DNA from: Ramazzottius varieornatus
Lineage: Eukaryota; Animalia; Tardigrada
DNA length: 64,000 bases
Direction of reading: 5' to 3'
Assembly: GCA_001949185.1 (NCBI GenBank)
Contig: BDGG01000017.1
Location: 434,001-498,000, forward strand
Under the pieces are notes generated by a model. It had not been told where the DNA came from, searched no databases, and worked only from the letters and a program-made list of their open reading frames with translations. Shown here one piece after another: positions 1-13,198 of this stretch. How positions within the stretch are numbered: position 1 is the stretch's first letter; every line of letters begins with the position of its first letter. A program made the position numbers and the translations under genes.

Positions 1-266
1 AATAAAATAACTCCTCGGTCGATCTCCAAGCACTGTAGTTAGTCAGCATATATACAACAACTACGAGCGCTAAATTAGTACAAACTGCGATAGCACGAAT
101 CACGAGGCAATCAACACGCCATCCAATAGTCCAAACGTGTGCAGTGAGGTGATGTTGCTGACGTTATGTTATCGTAAACAAGAACATTATGCCCAAACCA
201 AACTATCGTTGATTTACGTAGGAATCCAGAGGAGACGAGAATCATCTGCAGGCATAAAGGAACGTA

Positions 267-431
267 TACGTACGATGGGTAATCATGAGACAGGCCTTTT
301 CGCTACAGTACGTACGCGACCGATTCACCGTAATACACTTTTCAACACTTCTCTGCGGTTGAATTTCCATTTTGCCGTCCTTTCCGCCTGGCCCATAATT
401 CTCCCTGTCCCATGAATGCCCATCGTGCGTG
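267..431. mobile_element. TA-flanked MITE, family A (copy 1)
   Basis: ~28-bp imperfect TIRs (TACGTACGATGGGTAATCATGAGACAGG / CCTGTCCCATGAATGCCCATCGTGCGTG) with TA on both sides. The body matches the reverse complement of 50264-50412 and 62147-62343. Confidence 0.85.
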
Positions 432-1115
432 TATTGTTACGAGCAAACCCACGTTATAGAAATTTCGCTGTGTGACGAGGCGAAACAACCATAATTTCGA
501 AGTCGATGTGTACCATAGTTAAACGCCATGGATCTTTCAACCAAATTTCGGACTGCATCCGGTAGGACTCATCGTACTCGTCACCTCAGTCATCAAAGAA
601 AACATCTGTTTCCTCTGATCTATCGAGTATCAACACCAATCAAGTCACATAGCGAGGCTGTACGTACCGCAGTGCGCGGTTCGTACAAAGTCCACGGCAA
701 TCGTACAACGCTTGACCCAGTGACCATTCTAAGCACAACTTTTTGAACGTCCAAGTGGAATACGTCACGATGCCTCCATACTACCATTCACGACACCGAT
801 AATTTCCTGGCAGAGTTCGGCGGTTTCTCACCAGCCAGGACTTTACTTCACTTCAACGAAAATCCGGCTGATTGAGAGGACGGAACAGCGCCGGTCCGCT
901 GTACTTCAAATCTTTTTGACATTGCACGAGCTATCCAGCTAGGCGTTTAAACGTTATTTGGTGAAGCTCACGCTCTCCTGGGCTGGTTCCCGAGAAGCTG
1001 CATCCGTCATCCGCGGCCTGAGTACCACACACAAGAGACCAGCGTGGAAATTAGGACGAGTTGAATAAGGCCCAGCCACGGTGTCCATCACACTCACAGT
1101 GGCGCCATCACTATA

Positions 1116-1283
1116 CAGTGTACGACAAAATTAACCGTTAGAACTGGGAGTAATACTGCAGCTGGAGATATTTACGACTCGGCCAATGAGAATTATATTT
1201 TGCTGCGTGCGCAAATTTCATTGGCTTCATCCATCTGGTTCCATCCAACACCCGTTTTTAACGGTTTATTTTGTCGTACACTG
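1116..1283. mobile_element. Tc1-like MITE (168 bp)
   Basis: TIR CAGTGTACGACAAAAT(T/A)AACCGTTA at both ends, TA at 1114-1115 and 1284-1285. Confidence 0.85.
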
Positions 1284-4200
1284 TACGCCGGTTACGTGAG
1301 CCACTGGGCACCCCACTTGACCATGCCCTTGCATGAAAGTTGACGACTCTATTACCAGCGGTATCCATACTTCATCTTCGCTTGCATCCAGCCGATGGAT
1401 CTGCTTAAGTGGTCCACATCTTATCATACATACGATCGTCTTGACTTTCTTCTCCCGTAATTTTCGCAACTCCTAAATTAAAAAAGACATGTCGCCGCTC
1501 TTCTTGAAATAAACCAGAAGCTCAGAGATGGCAGAACTGGCGAGATATCTGCTTTGGAAGGAAGGTGGGTCGGACGTAATGCTAAAAAGCCTATTTGACG
1601 TACTATGATCAAACGATCAAGTGTACAAAACAATGCTCCGTGGATATTTCCATGCCGGCTGCCTCGTAGCATTCTTCTTACCATAAGATACAAAAAACGT
1701 TCACAAAAATTCCTTGGTGCTTTCGACTGTCTCAGTTCCAACCATTAGCTTGACCAGTGGTAAGCTCTGTCTCATCTGCGGATGCCGAGTACATTTGGGT
1801 ATCTCCATATAAGAATGCGTCCAAAGTGTGTTTAACCAAATTGTTCAGGAGAACGTTTTAAAGTTTCCGGACCCCAAGGTCTCACTGTAACGAGACTTAC
1901 GCCTACAGCAAACAGACCCCGAAAAACACGAATCGGAAGTCAGAAACAAGCTCCTACCAAAGGTCAGAAAGTTACAAGCCGCAACCCAAAAGAGCTTGAA
2001 GACAGTGTGGTGCACGAATCGGCACGCGCAACGGTCAAATACGAAGTGCGCAGCTGTGTTCGATCAGTTAATCAAACACTAGTTTTAGTCGGACAACATG
2101 CATCGGACGTAGTCGCTAGTGCTCGTCTCCGGATGGAGTGCGTTGCCAGTGCCAAGATTGCCCCTTAACACCCCTGTGGTTTCTGATTCATTAGCTCGCA
2201 TCTTCCAACCGTTCGTTCTGGTTTCATAACCGCGGCAAAGTGCGGCAAATTTCCCCTATGGTACGGTTTTCAATGACGTTCAATATGAAAACTCGATGTT
2301 ACAAAAAGCTTATTGCAAGCGAAAATGCTTTGGACGCACTTTCATTTGGAGATACCCATTTGGCCTTCTGGCCACTTCATCGTACATTTTTTTTGCTTCT
2401 GGATTCCTGTTCGGCCATTCTAGCAGGATGATCAGGAGCTGATCTCGTCTATCTGAGACGGTCAAGTTGTAGCACAAAGAGTTCCAAGAATTATGCCCGA
2501 ACAGGAATGAAAAGAGATGTTCGACGAATTGGCTAACTTAGAATTCGAAGGCCAAAAGTATTCGGCATCAGCAGATGAGACAGAGCTTAGTAGTTGTCAT
2601 CACCCAGTCGGTGCTCCATACATTTGCATACGACGTACTAGGTTTGGCCTTCACTTAGCGTACTTACATCACTTGTGGAAATATTTGTGTATGTGCGGGA
2701 GAGCCTTCCGCCTCAAAGCCTGCTTAACACCCGCGTTGCATCTGTCCAGCGCGACGACTGAGGTTTTCAAGGTAAGTGGATAAGTCAGCTTTAGTGTACC
2801 AGTACTCTTCATGCTCCGCAGTGACAACGTAGACTGACCAGTTGCCATCACAGCTCACTCACAACTTCCGGCCATGCACCACACCGGATATATCCGCCTC
2901 TGTTCGCTCTCGTCAGATTACAGCAGTGTTGAATTTTTCTCTACCTACTGTTTTATTTTTCGCTTAGCCGCAAAGCTAACTTCTGTCAGACAGCATTTGT
3001 GATTAATCCTCGGCTTTAACTGGTGATGTTATGGATGCATGGAGACGAACATCAAAACAAATAGGGGCGGAAGGAGGCATTGATCATTGCTGTAACGCGT
3101 ACGTGTGTCAAGTCGGGACAATATTAGTTTATGGATTGTCCGCAGAGCTCGCGCTCATTTCTTGTCAACAAGGCTGGTGCACCGACGTACGGTTATCATT
3201 ATTATGTGGTACGCCTCCGTTGTTGCACTCTTCAACAAGCGCCGAACACCTCGCCGATCGCGATGATGTAACCTATTTAGTTTATGGTATCACTGGGACG
3301 TTGTCTTTCTCACATCTGTCAACATGGAACTAGTCGCTCCGTACCTCGCCTGCTGACCGCACTGCTAATCACAGCCCAGAATATCTTTCCCTTCAGCCGA
3401 CTGTCAAGGAATACTTGTCCCATGGATCTATTGGTCATGATTGACCATAAGGACTATATCTGTCAGGTACGTCTTGACCGGCTGCATTATTCATTTTTCG
3501 GGGACAAAATTTGGTTTTCCGTAGTCGAGCCTCGTAGTGCGTGCGGTACAAGAAGATAAGGTTGGAAGATGCGATAATGAATTGAGTAGAAACTGGTTCT
3601 TGGCGGAAGTGGCTGCCCATCGGTCTAGGCCAGATTAAGTATCCAACGCGTTGCGTCCGAGGGTGTCCTCGACGACATGAGATCCAGCTGTGAGCGACCT
3701 GTGCGACGAACGTTGAGCGGTTAACACTCGCAGACCATCTCACGCAAACTAGCAGAAAAATTCAACCCTCCAATTGATAGTACAAGCTTAATACCAATTT
3801 TTCCGGCATACTGTGACACAAACTCTGGAAGTTTCTAGACTAAAATTCTGGGAAAAGGTGTCCGAAGGTCGGGTGACTTTTACGATGTCTTTGGAGCGAT
3901 CGATAAGTTTTCAACGTGTGTTTAGGATGGTTATTTCCGCTTCCGGATATGCCGGCAGTTCATTGTTTGCTCACAACGTTCGATCCCGTTGCAGCATAGG
4001 ACAAGGGAGAAAAGCGTCTGCTGTATCGAGGAGCCCCGAAGATTAATATTGCATGGAAATGTAAATTGGAGAAGTTGGGGGAATGTAATGTATTTGTGTT
4101 GGGTGTGGGCGGACCGGGTGACAGGTGGCTGACTGCCTATGTAGCCAGCTCTGTTTACTCAACTCTCTCCATAATACCTGCACGGTCATTATGCACAGTA

Positions 4201-6528
4201 GCTTCGCATTAAATCGATGGCTACTTGTTACAATATAGACCCTGCCCCGAATGAGCGGCGCACTTGACGATACGACATCGAAGCGAAAATTGATAAAGCT
4301 ATTACTAAATCCGGTTCATCAATATCCATGTGATACAATAACTGCCTTCGATATTCAATGGACAAACTGACTAAAGGGCCTTGATGGCAAAGTCGAATTC
4401 CACCGGTTCCCTGACGGAACTACCGTACTTCCGGGTCTTTCTCTCCACAGCCACTTTCAGTGGTTGAGGTATGACCGCCAACAGACAGTTAACTGGGCGC
4501 TGCAGTTTTGGGGTTTGAGAAGGGAGAGTGGCTGGGTACTCTGTAAAGCAATATGCAAAGCGCTCTGCTTGTTTGATGGCAGGATCGTCGTCTGGCCTTC
4601 TTGACACAGACAACTGCGTTGCTTATGCTGATTGAACTGTTATGATTAATGATGCTTGATTGCAAATGGCGAGGTCACCGGATGGTGCGCTGCCTTCCTC
4701 TGTACAGCAGGCTATTTTTGATCAGGGACATTCTTTTGTCTCCTCTCGTCTGACGATCAAGGTAACCCGCCATTGAAATGCAGCTAAAAATGTCTAAAAT
4801 GCAACATGACTGCTCTTTCTCACGATTAGCCGTTCGTGCGGGATTCGTGCTTGGCTGCTTTCTCAATTCCTGCCATTGACTAGTCTTCAATAGTCGCGGA
4901 CAGACGGAGAATGTCTGCGAAGGTATTATGGTCAATGGCACACCTGTGCGCCACCATTGACCAACTCACGCCGCTAACGTCGCTAACATTGCTAAAATTT
5001 TAAAGCCTTGTTACCGGCGTCATCGACCATAGCGCAAGAAAAAGAAAAGTTTCATACAATACCGGTCGAGATGTGATCAATGCACTTCAAATGAAGGCCT
5101 GATTGTTTTTAACGACCTTTTTGGTAAGGAACGTCGAAAGCGAGGTTTGGTGTAGTATCGTTGCCGATAGAGCGCTACTGTGCTGCCTTCTGTGAACCTG
5201 TTTCCCAGTCCGCCAAGTTCATGGTTGCCTGTAGAGCCAAAGTCTTGCTGTGTGAGCCATCGATCTGCGAGGTGTTGAAGCCCGCGTGAAACGCAAACTG
5301 TGCGGGCTCCTGGTTATCAGGAGGCGAACATGGTTACGAAAGACATCAGACTCTAAAGATAAGTTTATGGAGGTTAAACAGGTGGTCACAAGGACGGCGG
5401 TATCATGCAAGGGGAAAAATCACTGGGCTCCTGTTAACACTGAATACACAGCTCGCCTATCGGGCAGACAGTACACACAAATGAAAAACAGGTGCGTTGT
5501 CCTTGTGTGAATAATGTCGACAGGAATGCCAGCCGACATTGCGGAAGCGCGCGGAATGCATGGCAATCTCGGCACAGTATCTTATCAGTCGTTTCTTGCC
5601 TGATCTGAGCTTTATCGTCTTGTAAAGCTCGATCCATGCAAGAAGCCTAACGAACGTGCTGCTGACTGTGTATGTAACCAACATCACATTTCCATTCAGT
5701 CCTTCCCAGGCCTCCCTTCAACCTCATTCACTTCCCCTCATCATCATCTATTCATTTTTTTGAAATTATCATTACCGTTCTAAAGTGTGAAAAGGTAATT
5801 CAATTGGCTCAGCGACTGTTCAACGGTTGAGTTGTGACTGCGGTGGAGGGTGTGAAGTAATCTCTCAACACAGTTCGAGCAGTGATTGATGCGGAAACCT
5901 CTTGTCAGGGGATATACCTTTTGTGTCAAGTGCTGCGAGAAACGTGAGAAGGTTTGTGGCCAACGATCGTGCGTTTGTACACCGAGAAGGTGCTTGTAGC
6001 TGGTGCCGTCTCTTTCGTTACCCTCTGTATCGCTGTCAAATTCGTCTTTGCTTTTGAGTATGGATCGAGTAGTGACAAGTCGGAAGTATCAGCTATCCTG
6101 CGGAAGTATCGCTAGTGTTTTACCGGCTTAATTGTTGAAACTGAGTAACTTATCTTCTTTACTTGCCTGTGAGTGACGACGGCGGTAGAAAGGTTGGTGA
6201 TGGACAGTGGTCCCTTGGGGAGAGACGCTACTAGTGCTGTGACGTCACACTTATTGCAGGTAGACGCCCTGCTCAGCTTTTGCCCTTCCACCTAGCGAAA
6301 CTGAGCTTGAGACGTCACAGTGACTTCGTACTGTCAAGAATAAACTATGACGTCACTAGCTCGAAATCGGTTCGCCCCTTTGAATCAGTCTGAATTTTGG
6401 AAAACCAAAACCATTGAACTTTTGAAGTACAATTTGAACTTCATCTGTTTCAGGGTTGGGGAACTTTTGGTTGGGCAGAATGCGGGCATCACCGGCTGAC
6501 TTTGTGCTTTTCTTACAGATTTCCTGAA

Positions 6529-9500
6529 ATGGCCACGGCCTCTTCGAAACGAGCTGCTCCAGCTCCGCCAGCCCGCGACGTACGTTTGATGACTTCAGCC
6601 TCGGAATACGATGGCGTCGCCGAGCCAGCTTTGCGCCGCGTCCTGGATGATGCCTACATCACGGCTGAAATTCCCCCGTCGTCCGCAACGACCCTGCCTA
6701 CTCGCAAGCTCAGCCAGGACGACACCCTGACGTTGAACATGGTCCTGCCTAACGGCAAAACGTGTCCCTTCTCCGTTAACAAACGGTAAGAATATCTTTA
6801 GGCGCTCGGTGACCAGACTGGGCACGGATGCTTTCCCCTAGTGGCGCATGCTGGTAGTGTTACTGGCCGAGAGATTGCGCCACTTGGGAAGCCCGACAAG
6901 ACTTGTTTCCCCAAGTGCCGCACGTTGGCAGTGTTATTGGCTGGGAGTGTGCGCCACTTGGCAAGCTTGTTTGGTGAGCTCCCATCTCTGACCCGTGGAG
7001 GTGAATGGTCAGACTGTGCAGACCTCTGACTTATTCAAAATATTCCTTTTTCTTGGTAGGATGCCTCTGATGGATCTGTTGGTTCACGCTGCTGCTACCC
7101 ATCAGTTTAATCCGTCGGATTATTGTGTAATCAATCCGCAAGCTCGCTATCCCTCTGCTTTCACGCCGAGTACGCCGGTGGGCGAGCTGAATACGTTGCT
7201 GGTGCAGATTGTCCACAAGGGCGATCCAGTCGTCAGTACCATCACCAAACCGGCCAAAGCTTCCGTCAAGGCCAACGGCCCGCGCACCGAACCTTTCGAG
7301 GTACCAGTACTGTACACACACGTTAAAACAGATCCAAACAGTAATTTTCAACATTCTCGAAACTTCACCGTGGAAGAATTTCAAGCTGCACCCAAGAAGA
7401 AATCAAACTTTTGCAAAACGCAGGGCCGCTGGTCAGGGACATTTAAACTGAGGAAGCGCTGCTTCCATTAATCAGAAAACAAGCCAAGCCTGTAGCACGA
7501 ATTTCCTGGAGGTGGCCGTGCACCTCAGTTGAGAAAGAAAAGCAGTTTCTGGGGGGTGATTTTTTGGCGCTGTATGTCTGTCTGAGCTGATGATCATGGT
7601 CTGATTTACGCGGGAAAAGCCGTACTCTTTGTATGATGATTGTTGATTGTTGGTTGCAATTGGATGTTTATAACTACCTATGTATCTTGAAAAGAGCGTG
7701 AACGGTCCGTGGACGGGTTTCTTGTGTGATATGTCGGCCATTGGGTAAACAGGTTTGATGTTCAAAGTTTGTTGATGGACACTTAGCTATGTGAGGGGGC
7801 ATTGATATGAAGTGGAGTGGGGATTGATGAGGCTTGTTAGTTTGTGTAAATTTACCATTCAGGTTTGCTTAGTCGCTGCAGTGTTACCAAACTGACCATG
7901 CCATGTTGTCCTCTCCTCCTTCACAGCGGACCTTTCGCCTGCAAATCAACTTGCCATTACAGCAAAAGATGGTCTTGCGCGTCAGCCCCAAGCAGACTCT
8001 GCATGATGTGCTGCTGGAAATATGCCAGGAGAAGTCGCTGAATGTGACGCTGCACACCCTCCGCAATCCGCGCCAACCCGGACGACCACTGGATTTATCC
8101 CATCCTCTGGCCGACGAGCAAACCAACGAACTGAACTTGATACCGACCACCACAGGTAAGCCAGTCGTCCAGTGAAAACCCCATCCTGCTGCCTCGCTTT
8201 AACATTTGGCCAACTGTTTGCCAAACTTGTTGATGTAGCAGGTAACGGTGTAGTGACTAGAGATAGCAGCACTACAGTGACTACTACGGGAACGCGACCT
8301 GTCAGTTATTCGATGGAACCACCAGACAGCCCCTTGTCCGATAAGAAACGCTTTGGAATGAATATTTTCAAGATTTGTCGCAAGAGTAAAAAGGTAAGCC
8401 TGGCTCATTGGCACAGAAGTCGGCTGCGACCGTGAAACAAGCATCTTGGTGGGCTCTTGTAGGCGCCGGTCGATATGACGACCATAGCGCGCGAGACATC
8501 CTCGACGACGACGTCTCGCGAGTTCCTGGGGCCACAGTCCAAGTCGCTGAGCAAGTCTATCCCCAGCTTGGTGGAACTAATGCCGCCGTCCGGTAGCGTC
8601 ACAATGTCCAACGGTAATAGCCCCAGACGAACTTCACAAGGTAGCAGCAAGCGCCCGGCACCGGTGCCTCCCCCGACTTCTTCCAGCCACGAAACCGACG
8701 CCGAAGTCTTTCTTCCCGGTACGTAAACACTACATTATAGCTGGGTGTTGTCGAGGTCGTTTTTCCAAGTGGCGCGCGTTATCCCTGTGATTAGCTGATA
8801 GCGTGCGCCACGTGGGAAAAGCGGACCAGACTGCTATTTCCAAGTGACGCAGATCTCCACTGTCAATAGCTGAGAATGTGCGCCACCTGAGAAACCGGAC
8901 GAGATTGTCTTTCCAAGCGGCGTACGCTATTAGCTATTAATACCGGAGACGTGCGTCCTTTGGAAAGACAGTCCCGACGAGTTGTTGACTTTGAATAAGC
9001 AGGTATGAACTTGATTTTGAAATGAGTTTGCCAAACAGGTTCGCAGACAGGTTCCGCCATGAGTCAACATGGTCAGCAGTCGCAGCAGCAACGGAGCCGT
9101 CCTCACTCGGAGTCTAGTGGCTACGACGAATCGGTCATCACCAGCAACTCCCCTGAACGTGATGGCGGCAGCTCAGTCCGCACTGGACCTTCGCCCGCAC
9201 CACGCAGCAGTCGCAACATGGCGGTAACGTCTCGTGAGGGTCATACGCTGGTCTCGGCCCGCAGCTCGTCCACATCCACACCAGACTCTGCGCTCAAGTC
9301 CACCAGTGACAGCGCCATCAATAGCGCCAAAAGCTCGCAGGTCTCCAAGAAGAAAGCACCGGCACCTGTACCACCGCTCGATACCACTTCACGCAAAAGT
9401 GACAGCGAACATGAAGGTACGCACACGTATTCGCATGCTCAGGAACAATTTCCTTCAAAAGCTGAATAATTATATAATTAGAAAATGGGACTTGGGCAGA

Positions 9501-11952
9501 TGAACTGAACCGGATCGTTTCCCCAAGTAGCGCACGCTCGCAGGCAACTACAACGCGAATGTGCGCCACTTGGAAAGCCGATCTGCGTCAAATTTACCCA
9601 GGTGTTAAACATTCAAGAACAAATATCTATCAATGAAACATTTGTTTTTGGCAGTGCGAAGTCGTGCGGCGAGCTCAGTCAGCGACGTTGCCTCCACTTC
9701 GGACAAGATTTCCCTGGGTTCAGAACGTAGCGCCTCCTTCCACTCTGGCGGTAGCGCTGGACACCAGTCGGTATCCTCGACGACCATGCAGAAGAGCCTT
9801 CCTCCACCACCAGCCATAGACACTACTGACAAAGACCATATGGCCGTCAGCCCGATGGGTAACGCCAGCAGCGAAGAAGTCATCGTCCACGCGGAAATGG
9901 ACGGTAGCCGCCGGATGCCGCGCAGTGCTTCAGAGACCGTTGACAGCGATATGCTGCCCTCTGGCGCTGCTGGTGACGGGGAGAGCCTGTCGGTGGCCGA
10001 GATGGACTTGGGCTCGGAAGATTCGGCTTCTATCTCAAACTGGCCCGACAAGCTGCCGCCACCCTATTCCGAAACGTCGGCCATCGCTGCAGATACAACT
10101 GATCATAAATCCATGACACAAAGTAATACCAGCAATCAGCCGGAAAACACTTTTGTGACGAAAAGTATGAAACTGAGCGATTTGTGGGCTGATCAGACAG
10201 AAATGACTGAAGTTGCGAAGACTAACGGACAGAGCAACTGGGAATCTGAAGAAAAACACTACACGCACCTGTCGAGAAAAGACCCTGAAGACAATGAGAA
10301 GGCAAGGAAGTCGTCGGTGAGTAGTGGGCAAGAAGCCGAGTGGCCAAAGAAGACCTTACGCTTGGTCATGCCTGCCCCAGCCGAAAGCCATAGCAGGCCG
10401 AAAATGGACCCTTCACCGACGCCTTCCATCACCTCCTTGCCAGCACCTGCCCTCCCTTCTTCACAACCACCCCAGCCCACCTCCAAGACGCTTCGTCATT
10501 CAGCCATCCGCTCACCCGCCCACGTCAGTATTAGCTCCTACAGCGACCAAAAGCCGGAACGGTACAAAGAGCTGGCAAAGGACGTCGCGCCGCCATCCTC
10601 CATACCACAAAGCCCACAGTTTTTGCTACCCTCCACCAAGGAAGAAACCTTGAAGGACATACGCCTGGTCCAAGGGGTCATTACCGCCTTACAGGAAGAA
10701 ACTCAAGTCGTACAGTTGCACTCCACTTTCAGCCCAGACCAACTAGCGGTCATATCGGAGAAGCAGCGGCTGTTGCAGGAACACATTGCGCGACAGATTG
10801 CCTTGACGCAGCATTTGTTAAAGTTTGGTGAGAGTACGCCTGACGGTGTAACTAGTACTGCTGGTCCGAAGCCGCTGTTACCGACGAAAGCGTTTACATT
10901 TCAACCACCTGTCACCAATAATGTTCAGTATAGAAAATCGGCCGTGGCGAAATTGAATAATGTTCCGGAGCGCAAGTTGTCCACTGAGTCGAATGTGTCG
11001 ACGCTGTCCGATGTACAGCGACAAATCAGACCGAAGAATGCACATAAGGACAACTGGATAGCGGAGGCCTCCAAGCGCTTTGATTTCACGGAACGAGGTG
11101 AAAGTCCAAACCATGGGGGACATCAAGTGTATTCGTCGGGGACACCGTCGCCGACCACCAGTCGTCCAACTTCAGCAGCAGCGCGCTCCGCAAGTCCGGC
11201 AGAACCACAGTCGCCGGTCAGACCGGCGCAGATTGGCACGCGAGGCGCTATGGTCAACGCCTTGAGAAATGGTAACGGTACGCCGCCGGGTTTCACCGTC
11301 ACCACTCAGCCGACCAATCACAGTACCTTGGTCCAGTCCAAAAATCGATTTTTTGCTCAAGCTGAAAGCGTTGATGATGGAAATACGTCGGTGAATACTA
11401 GAAAAGCCAACTGGACGAAAGAGACTTATTTGGAGGGTAACGAGCAGAAGAAGCCCAGACCGATGTCGGTGCAAGTGGACAGCGCTAAAGTTTCGGAAGA
11501 ACGAAGGTTGAAGGACGAGCAAGTACGGGACAGTATTATGCGTGGCTGGAAGAATGGGACACCGACACCGTACCATCAAGTGGGCATTGTGACGACGGCG
11601 GTGACGTCGCCCAAAGAGAAGGAAGTAGGAGGTTACCGGCAAGCCACTTCGGAGAGCAGTGCGCCACCACCACCACCGGCACCGGCAGGCCTTCCGCGCA
11701 GTGTCTCTGTGCCCAATGGCTCTCACAAGTCGACACTGTCGCGGGGTGCCAGCTGGAAGAGTGGTGGCTCCGATGGCGATGACGTTAAAGCCGAGTTGAT
11801 GGATGCCATACGCAACTTTTCTGTGCACTCACTACGAAAGGTCAGCTTGCCGTAGTGGAACCCAAGTCATGACAGCCAATGTTACAGCTGCTTTTTTTCT
11901 CTTGTAGATTCCACAGCAAAGTCTGAAGACCTGGACGCCCAAGTTACGATAA
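6529..11952 (+). CDS. Cordon-bleu / COBLL1-like actin regulator (8 coding exons)
   Basis: Exons ~6529-6785, 7060-7300, 7927-8155, 8242-8393, 8463-8718, 9039-9416, 9655-11840, 11908-11952, with GT-AG junctions in consistent phase. Carries KRAP-like motifs (KRAAPAPP, KRPAPVPP, KKAPAPVPP), two ubiquitin-like/Cobl domains (LNMVLPNG..PLMDLL; FRLQINLP..VLRVSP), polyproline and a C-terminal WH2 (AELMDAIRNFSVHSLRK). Confidence 0.8.
6830..6966. repeat. Fixed-spacer palindrome array (2 units), Cobl-like intron 1
   Basis: CTAGTGGCGCA-N27-TGCGCCACTTGG and CAAGTGCCGCA-N27-TGCGCCACTTGG. Confidence 0.85.
8757..8972. repeat. Fixed-spacer palindrome array (3 units), Cobl-like intron 5
   Basis: Three TTCCAAG(T/C)G(G/A)CG..-spacer-..GTGCGCCAC-type units, ~72-75 bp period. 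Confidence 0.85.
9514..9583. repeat. Fixed-spacer palindrome (1 unit), Cobl-like intron 6
   Basis: GATCGTTTCCCCAAGTAGCGCA-N27-TGCGCCACTTGGAAAGCCGATC. Confidence 0.85.
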
Positions 11953-12329
11953 AAGTATACCATGTCAATTGGGTTTGGCTGAACTGAAAGAAGGACAGCG
12001 TAATTTTGAAAATGAAGCTTCTTGTGATTTTTTGATGGCTAATTTGTGCCTGGCTTGTGATTGAGGCGGCTTTCCGGTTTCTGCTTGGAGAAGACCTTTC
12101 TGTCAGAGGAGCTTTTCCGTCGATGATGTTCGTTAAAACAGAAAGGTTGATCCGCTGATGCTTTACGACCGTCTATTCGTGTAATGCTTCTTATCTGCGC
12201 TCGAAGAGAAATGGACACAGATTGCCCTTCTCCGACAAAATATCCTTTGATTCCATTGTCTGTGGCAGGTGTGTGCTCTGAAATACTTTTTTCGCCCGCG
12301 GAGGCTCGTAAGCAGAGGTTTGGATCTAT

Positions 12330-12545
12330 GAGGACTTTACAGTATGCTAGAGGGGTGCCTGGTCGCCTGATTGTGACACCACCCATCCTTTATTTCTGGC
12401 TGGGAATTGATACGTCAGATCTGCTGACTTATTACAACGTGTCAATGGCACTGCAATACTCAAACTGCCTTGTCGACTCCATAATCTATCACTACAGCCT
12501 ACCCGACATCCGCGATGCAGTCAAAAAGCTAATCCATTTCCGTAG
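12330..12545 (+). pseudogene. Class A GPCR fragment (TM6-TM7-helix 8)
   Basis: Within ORF 12184..12822, LIVTPPILYFWLG...LQYSNCLVDSIIYHYSLPDIRDAVKKL resembles TM7 (N-x-x-x-D-P-x-x-Y) plus helix 8. No upstream TMs are visible. Confidence 0.5.
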
Positions 12546-13198
12546 CGCTTTCAGAAGCGGGTCATACTGTAGTTCTAATATACAGTCTGTTACAGCAAAG
12601 TTGTCCCCGTGGCTCTTTTCCTTCTCAAAAACATTCGCCCTTTCTCTTAATCGAACTGCTTTTTTTTCATGCGGTCTGCCAGATAGCCGTCCCTTGTTTC
12701 TTATATCTTCCCAGTCAGTCTACCGAAACCAAGCTTCAGGAGAGAATCCCTACGTTAATTCGAAAGGAGATCCAAAACGTCTGTTACAAAACAGCATCTG
12801 GAAACCCAGTAAGGGGCTGTAGCAGCTCGAGCGTCATCAGTAACTACTCTGTGCGCAGAAAAGCTTGTTCTCTCTAGTTAAGTTGAAGGGAAAGCTCGTA
12901 AAATAACCTCGTGGGAAAAGCTTGCTTGAAACTGCCATTTCCCCGGTTTTCCCGGTATACCTTCCCCTTCCGGAAAAGCGGTATCGCGAAGTTTGTTGTC
13001 GATAAAATTGCGAACTACTTTGTGCCTAAGTCTGGACACTAGTTCTACTATATCATCACCCAGTCATGAGTCGATCTGATGCTTCGGTTTGGCCGAAGAG
13101 TGCTTTGGCTGAAGCCTAAAAATTGGACGAAAGTGCCGACATGTTCCTCAAGGTCTGACTATATACAAGCTTTTATCAAATTGGCGTTGTCAACGATT

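Noticed and set aside
1266-5700. Many short ORFs upstream of the Cobl-like gene
   Set aside because: No recognisable domains or consistent splice model; probably UTR-intron or intergenic DNA with decayed repeats.
8757-8972. CRISPR-like reading of the repeat/variable-spacer arrays
   Set aside because: Eukaryotic intronic context, at most 3 units, degenerate repeats, spacers share a weak consensus, and there are no cas genes.
11172-11828. 218-aa minus-strand ORF
   Set aside because: Antisense shadow of the large Cobl-like exon.
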